Source: Syncephalis fuscata S228
Lineage: Eukaryota > Fungi > Zoopagomycota
Assembly: GCA_025786725.1 (NCBI GenBank)
Contig: JAHLTZ010000024.1
Location: forward strand, 248,001-312,000
Direction of reading: 5' to 3'
Length of the DNA: 64,000 bases
The notes under the pieces: generated by a model
Database searches by the model: none
Seen by the model: the letters and a program-made list of their open reading frames with translations, nothing else
What the model was told of the DNA's origin: nothing
Translations under genes and position numbers: made by a program
Shown: positions 54,326-64,000 of the stretch, in pieces
Layout: every line of letters starts with the position of its first letter
How positions within the stretch are numbered: position 1 is the first letter of the stretch

Positions 54326-55770
54326 ATGGAATCGCATGCAGCGACAAAGCGTATACTGAATAAAGCTTACGCAATACTGCCCTGGTTAAGGTAGTGTTGA
54401 CTGTTGAGTGGTTCATTGAACGTGTTGGGCTTATTCGCTCTATGGCCTATAGATATGTATCGCTTGTTGTAGGCATTGTGTGGTTTTTTGTTTTGCCGGT
54501 GCCTGAATACTCGCGAAATACATACATCTCTGAAAGTGCACTATTGCCAGGACTGGTAAGATGACCTGAGAGTGTATGAGTACAAATACGCTACAAATAC
54601 TTGCTACTGTCTATTAACTGAACTGTTATTGACAGCCATATACACGCTTCAGAAGCGAGAATGCAGATTGGGTAGTTGATTTACAGCTGAATTGGACACA
54701 TTACTGCAACAGAATAAAGGCGCTGAGTAAGTAATAGACGCGTAACAGTATTTACTACTAATATGTTAAATTATTAGTGCCATTAAGCGAGTCTACAATG
54801 AATTTAATCAATTGGGATTTACTACTGCGAACAGCATGTGGATCCACGTTCTTCGAGTGATTATTTACACCAGCCAGCTGTCAATGTCTATGGAATTCTC
54901 GATGGACAGCGTGCTGATCATGCAGAGGCACTTGTGTTGGCAGCACCTTGGTTTTCGATTACTGGTCGATGTAAGTCGATAGATGTACAGTATGAGTAAC
55001 TGATTTAGTCACTAACATACTATATAGCAAATGCCCGTGGTATTGCTATGATGCTAGCAATTGCCAAAGTATTCAAAGGTCGGTCATCATTAATGATACT
55101 GCGTTTGAATGACTAACACACATAGACTTGACAATGTGGGCCAAGGATGTGGTATTTGTTATACCAGCTGGAGAACAAGGCCAGATTGACTGGCTTAGTG
55201 CCTATCATAATACGACAGGTAAGTCAATTGGAATATATTGATTGTAAATAGTAAAAGTAACTGAAATAAGCGTGACAGCCATTGAAAGCTAACACATATG
55301 CTGCTGTTTGACAGATATGAGATTGGTGCTGTAACTATATCATTCGCAAAATGTCAGATGGTTGGGGAGTTGATTAGAGACTATTTAATTTGTAAGTAAT
55401 TGAAGCAAGGATAAATGTTAAATGTATTAACTATATGAATAGTAACTCTGTCGATGGTTACAGCTTTATAGAATTAGCACTTAAAAGATTTAATAAGAAA
55501 CCAGCCGATTTAGCAGTTTTGTTTATATTTATTAAATGTATGTTGAGTGATATCATTACACTTGCTATCCTGTCATCTCAAACGCAATCCACAGCTGATG
55601 ACTCAGATGTAAGTGAATTAGTATGTTAATTTGTTATCTTTGTATGGGCACATTGTCCAAATAAAATATAAATATTATGGTGATATGGCTGCTTGTACAA
55701 TTGCATACATCGGCATGCATGTGTTTGTGTTTCTGTGTGCATGTTTAAAGTCTTTTGGGCACTATAATAA
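54326..55770 (+). pseudogene. GAA1: GPI transamidase subunit Gaa1, truncated or degenerate
   Basis: LPVPEYSRNTYISESALLPG, NVYGIL..RADHAEALVLAAPW, WAKDVVFVI, WLSAYH; recognisable frame is lost after ~55220 and no intact multi-TM C-terminus is seen; end coordinate approximate. Confidence 0.65.
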
Positions 55771-57176
55771 TTGCATCAGTATGATCATTCAAATAAAATG
55801 TTAATTAGAATGCATATTTAATGTTTAATGTATATATCATGCATTGAATAGTGCTTTTAGCCACTAATACAATAGCTATACATAATTTATAAAGTAGATA
55901 ATATAACATTAAGCAAATTAACAAACTATTATTAATTAATGAAAATATTAGCATCTATGTATATAGAATATTGCAGTAACGAATAAACAATGATGCACGG
56001 ATATGGGCATAATAATATATTCAGATGCAGTGCCAATACTGACTAGTAAGCGTAATGGATAGCCATTGGTTATAGATACTGTTCAGTAGTTATGATGACT
56101 ATTTGTAAATATATACACTGTATTACTGAACAAATAAGTTATATTTGAATATTATCTGTTTCTGTGTTGTCTAGTAAATTGCATTTGATGTACACAATTA
56201 TAACAAAATGCAGACAATAAACGGTATTTCTAATGGATAATATTGCTAAAATAGCCACAACTTGTTTAATGCATCATTGATTTTAAATTGCAAGACATAA
56301 AAACACAGCCTGAATACATAATGTATAACTGCAATTTCAAACCTATTATTCTATTCAGATTATTGCCATATAAATCATTTGCGCAACAGGGCTCTGGCTG
56401 ATTAATATGCCACGAACTGTTACTGTGCATTCAGCTTTGAGCATATCTGACTAGAGCAGTCTGATAAACATGGTTCAACATTTTGACATATAGCTACATG
56501 CCATTTAATAGCATTGCAATGAAAACAAACGGTTTATTTCTGTAATCAGATTACAATGTCAAATTAACTGTACATGCAAACCAGTCGGTCCATTTTAGTA
56601 ACTTTAAAAGTAAAAGTTTACTACACTAGTATTACTGTTGCATTGGTGCCCCACGCCATTTTGGATGCATGAAAAGGTTGGGAATTGAGTTTGCTGGTGA
56701 AAACGACAATAAAGACACAGAATGTGCCATCATTGTTTCTGTAGAACCGATGTATTTAGTCAGCATCACGCGGTCAAAATGCATATCAGCACTGTAAAGG
56801 TTGATAGATGTATTTATACTGTACATGTATTGAATGGTTGAAATTGCTACATTATTTGCACAAATGCTGAACAGGTTGAAGTGAGGCTATGGTTACACAA
56901 TACTATACCATCAATATGTTTGTATGCATATGATTCAAGCCCTCACATAAATGACCAGTTATAGTTTCATATTGCACATTAATGGTGTAGTTCATGCAGT
57001 ACAACATGTTGCCATCTCGGCATAACCATAGATTTAAATAGCCCACAAGATACACACAACCAACTAGTAGTTTATCATCGCACTCTACTTTCTGCTAAAT
57101 ACTCACTACTACCCACTCTATATCGTCACACTCTATTGTTCATTTTACTTGTTTGTTCTAACAAATCAATATTATC

Positions 57177-59190
57177 ATGAAGCTTTCTATTGCCGTTATC
57201 TGCGCCATTATTGGCGCTTTTGTGGCTACTACAGCCATGGTAGATGCTATGCCAACCCATGTCCGTCGTGGTATGCTGAAATCACAATAACTAGCTATCC
57301 ATTTAATCTACTACTGCTTATGTCGCCAATCTAACTTTTCTAGATGGCAAGCAATTTCATATATCAATTAACTATATGCTAATAACATGCCATACACCAC
57401 GTGTATCCAATGACATGTAGCAATAGAACGTGAGGAACAATATATATTAACTAGCTAAATACCAATCATATATCATCCACTGTGTGTATTCAATAAATTG
57501 CATTAATAGTTGGTAAGTGGAACTGTATATTGACCAGCTATATATCAGTCATATGCTATCTATTGTAGATTTAATAGTTGTGTTAATAGAATGTAAGTAA
57601 CATTGCATATCAATCATCATATACGCATCATGCGTCATTCATTACGTGTATTTGATAATTCCTATTAATAGCTCGTAAGTATTATTGTATATCAATGAGC
57701 TATATACTAACCATATGTCATAATTTTGTACTTTTGATAACTTGCACTGATAGTTGGTAAGTTCAGCTATCTATTAGCCAACTACGTATTAATGATATGC
57801 CATTAATTATGTGTATTTAATAACTTGTATTAATAGAGGGTAAGTAGCATTACATATCAACTAGATTCTTTATTAATTGTATGGCATTCGTCGTGCGTAT
57901 TTAATAAATTGCATTGATAGCTCGTAAGTAGTATTGCATTAAGCAACTATGCACTAATCGTATGCTACATGCTGTGTGTATTTAACAATCTGACGCTAAC
58001 AGCTCGTAAGTGGTATTGTATAGCAGTTAGTTATGAGCTAATTAAATACTGTGCGTTATGTGTGCTTGATAACTTATATTAATAGAGGGTAAGTACATTG
58101 TATATTAACCATATACTAAAATATGTTGGACACTGTATTTAACAATTTGTATTAATAGCTAGTAAGTGGCATTGCATATTAATCAGATATATAATAACCA
58201 TACATCATTTATCATGGCACTTGATAATTTATTAATAGAACGTAAGTGACATTTATACTAACTTGTATTCTGTGTATGTTTAATGACTTTTATTAATAGC
58301 TCGTAAGCGACATTATATAGTAATAATTATACATTAATTATATGACATGTAACGTGTTTCCAACAACGTTTACTGATAGTTAGTAAGTGGAGCTTTATAC
58401 CAACTAGCTATGGAATAATCATATGACATGTATCGTGTTTGCTTACTAACTTTTATTGATAGTCAGTGAGTGGCATTGTACATTAACTAGCTATATACCA
58501 ATTATATACATTTACTATATGTATTTAATAACTTGCATTGATAGTTCGTAAGTGACATTATATAGTAATTGACTACATACTACTGATTATGTGCATCTAC
58601 TAAATTACACTAATAGATAGTGGGTGGTATTGTAGATTGACTGGCTATATACTAACCATATGCCATGTACGCTTCGTATTTGATAAATTATATTAATAGC
58701 TAGTAAGTGGTATTTTATATCACCTAAATACATACTGAGTACATGATATACACTATTTGTACTTGATTATTATATTAATAGGACGTAAGTGGCATTGTAT
58801 GCTAATCAGCTACATACTAGACATATGCTATGTACTGTGTTTATTCAATACACGCGTTAATAGAAGGTAGGTGAAATTGTACATTAAATAGCTATGCACT
58901 AATCGTACGCCATGTATCGTATGTGTTTAATGCCTTGTATGAATAGGAAGTAGGTGCCATTTTATATTAACCAATTGCATACTAATCCTATATCATCTAT
59001 CATTTACACTTACTAACTTGCATTAATAGAAGGTACATTGCATCCATATTAATCAATTACATACTAAGCATATGATATACATTGTGCGCGTTTAATAACC
59101 TGTATTAATAGATGGTTAGTTATATTACATATTCCTGCATTATGTGCCAACTATACGACATGTGGTATATCATTTATAACTATAGAATAA
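57177..59190 (+). CDS. Micro-exon gene: 94-nt signal/pro exon + 23 three-nt exons + terminal exon, encoding MKLSIAVICAIIGAFVATTAMVDAMPTHVRR-DELESLEAPQAKPLIIHTRQGKDE*
   Basis: 23 successive YAG|NNN|GT(or GC) junctions at ~82-bp period; the joined sequence is open and ends in TAA at 59188-59190; signal peptide paralogous to the gene at 28621. Confidence 0.85.
57347..59185 (+). repeat. ~82-bp degenerate tandem array (intron plus 3-nt exon units)
   Basis: Consensus approx. GTAAGTGGCATTGTATATTAACTAGCTATATACTAATCATATGCCATGTACTGTGTGTATTTAATAACTTGTATTAATAG-NNN. Confidence 0.93.
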
Positions 59191-59799
59191 TTACTAGTTT
59201 CAAGGAGCTGGTATTGGGTGTGCAATTGGCTGTTAGCTCAATATGATTTAAATATATATTCAGCAAAAAGCAAGACAGCTCGACAATTATGCCGTTTAGT
59301 TCATTCAAGTTTCAAGTTATAACCAGCAATCCGGTTTATTTTCTCTTTAATTAATAATACCATCATATTATTACCTTCTATGATTGGTTATTTCTATCCA
59401 ACTATACAGACATGTAGTAATGAAATATGATTCTATTTAATTATGTACAATCAAACTATTATGAGCATGTTCATATTCTACCTGCATTTGAAATCAGCAA
59501 ATTGCAATCAAGTAAACACGCTAACAGTGTATTTATACAAATATGCTGTATTAGTGTCCAAAGTAGATTGATATTGCTTATAGCATTATTATTATTATTA
59601 TTTAGATTGTGTTATTTAAACACTAACTTATAATCAATAATTGAAAGAGGCTATTTATTGTTTACTTTTTAACAATGTCTGGTTTATGTTGTATTTAGGT
59701 AAGCAGTTATTTTATTTAGTCACTAACGCTTATGAGATACAAGCATGAGCAAAATAGTAGTCATTTAAGCGGGAGTGGTTATAGCACGCATTTTTCTCT

Positions 59800-62288
59800 C
59801 TAGTCATCCATGAAAAAATAGTTGCCAGATGACTTTTGTTCTGTATCCTTAAGCGAATTCATCTTGTTAATACGAGGTCTATAGTTTGTTGGATCGCGAC
59901 GGAATGTGATTTCCAATGAAGCCAAGAACTTGTTCATGCCGCTCACCAATGTTTGTGGTCTAGAATTGGCAATAAGGACAACGACAGTGGTTATATCGTT
60001 AGCGGTATTAGTCTATTCATTCTTTGCGTTGCGTTACTTACCGGTTAGCCACGGCATTCACCGAGGGTGTACCATCATAGACAATAACACGATCAGCCAA
60101 GTAAGTAGCCATAATAAAATCGTGTTCAACAATAAAGGCTGTCTTTTTAGCATGAAGAATGAATCTAACAGTAATTTATATATTTATATATTATTATATA
60201 TTGTATAAATATAAATATATTTACTTACCGTTTAATCACCTTGGAGGCAATAATACGTTGTTCAGAGTCAAGATAGGCGCTAGGCTCGTCAATTAGGTAA
60301 ATATCGGCTGGTTGGCCAAGACATAGCACAAGAGCCACACGTTGCAATTCGCCACCAGACAAATGAGCCACTTGTTGGTCAACAATCGATTCAATTTGCA
60401 TTGGCTTGACCACGTCTGTTTGGAACTGTGGATGAAGGAATGCACTCTTGATCTTCTTTAAGAACAACATACGAACCGTTCCCGGAAACTTGGGATTAAT
60501 CTTTTGGGGCTTGTAACTGACATGCATTTCAGGAATTTTCTCATTGCCATCTGGTTGGAGTGCACCAGCCAACATACGCACAAACGTTGTTTTGCCTGTG
60601 CCATTCTCACCCAACATAACAAGAATTTCTGAATCTGTAAATTCACCTCCTTCCACCTTCAAGTGGAAATCACCTAGTTAATAATGATATAAATGGTCAG
60701 TTATAAATACTATATTATATATTAATATTTACCCAATTGCTTTTCCATAGTGGGGTATTTGTAATGGCATAGACGCTTAATTTCCTCTGGATTTTCGGCA
60801 ACTTCGCCAATACGGAAGGATAAAGACTCTTCTCGGAATCGCAAATTCTCCGTTGGTACTTTACCGTCTAAGAAGATGTTGATGCCTATTCAATAGTTAC
60901 ATGTTAGTTATCTTTAATATCCAGCTAGATGGCATGTATTCTACCTTCACGAACACTGAATGGCAGTGTGACAACACCATAGGCACTAGGCATGCCATAC
61001 AATACACACACGAAATCGGATAGATAATCAAGTACCGACAAATCGTGTTCTACAACCACTACATAGCTATATGGATATATAGTTGTTAAATGTATGTATA
61101 ATAGAGTGTCATTCAACTTACACGTTGTCACGCAACATACTGCGAATGGTTCGGGCGGCATTCAAACGTTGCTTAACATCCAAATAACTCGATGGCTCGT
61201 CAAACATGAATCTAAATGTACCAGCTATTATTAACTATTACTTCTAGGTTACAATAACGACCTACACATCGCATTCTTGAATGCACACAATAGCAATGGC
61301 AAATCGTTGCAATTCACCACCTGACAACTGAGCAACATCACGATCCAATAGATCAAGCAAATCTAATGTGTACACAGTATGTATAGATTGGCACAATTAA
61401 TAACTTACAATTAACGCAATAAATGCATATAACTTACCAAGTGTAGATAGAATGTCTTCACGATTGTCACGTTCCATCTTAGCATCAATAAGCTCGCCAA
61501 TCTTGCCTTTAACGGCTTTGGGCAAATGGTCTACATATTGTGGTTTGATAATAGCCTATACTTTAAATTAATAATATGTTACTATAATATAGATTATATT
61601 ACCTTTAAATTATCTTCCAAAATCTTGGTAAAGAAATTTTGCAGTTCAGAACCACGGAAATAACGAAGAATATCCTGCCAATCTGGTGGATCCTATTATA
61701 TAGCAATCAGCATAGTAATCAACATTATATATAAGATCTATAAATGGTTTATTTTATTGTACTTACATCGTATTTACCAAGATTGGGCTTCAATTTACCA
61801 GCTAAAATCTTTAAAGCGGTACTTTTACCAATACCGTTGGTACCAACCAAACCAAGAACCTGGCCTGGTCGTGGCGTGGGCAAACGATGCAACTTGAACG
61901 AATTAGCACTATAACGATGGGTCGTATCTTTTTCCAAGTTGGTTGGCAGATTGACAATATGGATCGCTTCAAATGGACACTTTTTCGGACAGATACCACA
62001 ACCAATACAGAGTGTTTCTGAGATGAAAGCAATCTTGGCCTCGGGCGTCACCTCAATACAGAGTTTGCCTATTATTCTGATTAGAATGTTTCGCAGATCA
62101 AGCGACATAGATACGCGTCTATGTTGACGTAGATTGACAGCCAGCCAGCTGACAAGTCGTCACCAGCCATATTGGCTCCACTTACCCATACGTACGACCG
62201 GACAACTCTTTTTGCACTCTTGCCGACATTTCTTTGGCTTACACTTGTCGGAACTGACAAGTGCAATACGCGTAAGCTTTTCCGCCAT
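59800..62288 (-). CDS. RLI1: Fe-S ABC ATPase Rli1/ABCE1
   Basis: [59 protein letters not shown]. Confidence 0.98.
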
Positions 62289-62660
62289 GCTGTTGTTAGC
62301 AGTGATTTAATGACGAGAGGGCAAGAGGATAGAAAAGATCAGAAAAAGATTAGAAAAACTATTTACTTTTATTGTTCTTTATCTGTAGTCAATTTGTGCA
62401 AACAATAAAATTGACAATTCTGCGCTATTTATACAACTTGGCTACAAATAGAATGAACACCACACATTCGTATTATTATTACAATGATTACAATTAATGG
62501 ATTGACTAACTCGCTATTTATTTACACACACACACGCACCCATGCAGTTACAGTCAGTTGGTGTCAGTCAGCCATCTATCCCTTTTTTGTAGGTAGCCGT
62601 TTAACTACTAGCGATCGTATTTTCGTGTTCCATTAAATATTTCTATTTATTCCTATAGCC

Positions 62661-64000
62661 ATGTCACAACCACCGACCGGACAACGTGATCGTGTCGGTG
62701 ATGCCTCGAATCCAGCACGATCTAACCTGCAACCAGCCGGCAGTGGTAACGTGAGTTCTGTAGGTGGCTCGCCGTCACCTACCTTAGGAACAGGATATAC
62801 ACAGGAACAGTTGCAGCTACAACAACAGCTGCTAAATCAACGGGCGCAACAACAACGACAGCAATTGATTGCGACGGCTGTTGCTGTTGCCGGTGGACCA
62901 GGTAAGCAGTATTGGCCTACAAGTACACAGCATAAACTTGTAGGCTAATCTTATCGCTAAACAACAACAGCACAATACTTATTATTGCTTATATTAACTA
63001 TTAGGCGTCATACCGGCTGGCGTGATGGCAACACCTGGTGCTGTTATCAATATACTCCAGCAAGGTATACTTGCTCTACGGGATCCTATTCTTAATGCCC
63101 AGCAAGTATTGTGTCAATCTAATCTACCGGAGGAAATACGGCAGCAGGCGCGTCGTATTTTCCAAGATAATAAGTTATATTCACAGCTGATGGAGCGTAA
63201 ATTAAGCGATTTACAACGCGTAGCACAGGTGCGTTCTCCAGCACCGCAACCAACACAACCAACGCTACAACAAGCACAACAGAACACATTATCATTGCCG
63301 CCACAAGCAGGTACGGCCACTGGCATTATTGCTGCACCAGGAGGACAATCGCCAAACACTACATTTGCCGCCGCACCACCTAATCCATCAAGTGTAGCAA
63401 ATACTACAGCAAATACACCTAGCGGCGCACCATCAACGAATATTGCGGCCAATACAGCGGCTACCGCTACAACACAACTATCAAAGGCAAAACCTGCTTC
63501 AAAGGGCAAAAAGGCAGCAGCAGCAACAACAACACCAGTTGCACCATTACCTATGACTACTACACCGAATGCATCATCTAAAGCAGGTAAGTTGTATACA
63601 TCACTATGGTTCATAGTGTATTAATTGGTATAGGACGACCTGTGATAAAACCACCAGCTATGTCGATGCAACGTATGGGATCTACAGGCAGCACTGGTGG
63701 TATGATGTCCGCTGGTTTATTGCCATCAAGTCAACCGACAACACCAGGATTAGGTATTAGATCACAAAGTGGCAACGGTATGGCCGGCCACTCGACAACA
63801 ACGGCAGCGACGGTCAATGATGTAGCCAGTGCTAATATGGCATCTATTCTTCCTAAACGAAAGTTACAAGAATTAATGACACAAGTTGATCCCAATGAAC
63901 GATTGGCACCAGAAGTTGAAGATGTAAATAGAGTAGTTTATTAATTAATCAGTAGTATTAATATTATTATCAATAATAATATAGATATTATTAGAGGTAG
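62661..64000 (+). CDS. TAF12: TFIID/SAGA subunit Taf12 (3' end off the window)
   Basis: Q/A/P-rich N-terminus, then ILPKRKLQELMTQVDPNERLAPEVED|ILLEV, the start of the Taf12 histone fold. Confidence 0.85.

Noticed and set aside
57149-57334. ORF-track 61-aa ORF
   Set aside because: Wrong frame. The real start is ATG 57177 with a signal peptide homologous to the gene at 28621.
57347-59185. CRISPR-like repeat-spacer array or plain minisatellite
   Set aside because: Eukaryotic context, no cas genes, long degenerate repeats and 3-nt spacers. Conserved AG and GT/GC ends and an open joined frame fit introns plus microexons better.
59030-59190. C-terminal KDE of the microexon peptide as an ER-retention signal
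   Set aside because: Lacks the terminal Leu of KDEL/HDEL; the stop follows Glu directly.

Overview
Eukaryotic, AT-rich, intron-dense DNA (introns mostly ~50-80 nt) from a fungus. By inference it is an early-diverging lineage, and the secreted kinase-like, subtilisin and SOD genes would fit a Zoopagales/Syncephalis-like mycoparasite, but the taxon is unverified. Housekeeping genes: LHS1, TFB4, MRPL31, FAU1, two mitochondrial PDK/BCKDK-family kinases, RAD50, a LYR-motif protein, MET22, ZNF277-like, SCC4/MAU2-like, CENP-A, a Kelch protein, TIM22, a degenerate GAA1, RLI1 and TAF12, plus tRNA-Ser(GCT) and tRNA-His(GTG). Secreted, effector-like genes: two Cu-only-type SODs, a 6-Cys peptide, a subtilisin, a chitin deacetylase and a pseudokinase. 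The standout is 57177-59190, which the ORF track misses. A signal-peptide exon is followed by 23 consecutive 3-nt microexons, each bracketed by AG and GT/GC splice sites within an ~82-bp tandemly repeated intron. Spliced, they give an open 55-aa precursor whose last 24 codons are each split by an intron. It shares its promoter and signal peptide with the intronless Cys-rich peptide gene at 28621. A probable 1-nt exon occurs in the PDK gene. Several conserved genes show single-base frameshifts that are probably assembly errors. Exon boundaries were read by eye.
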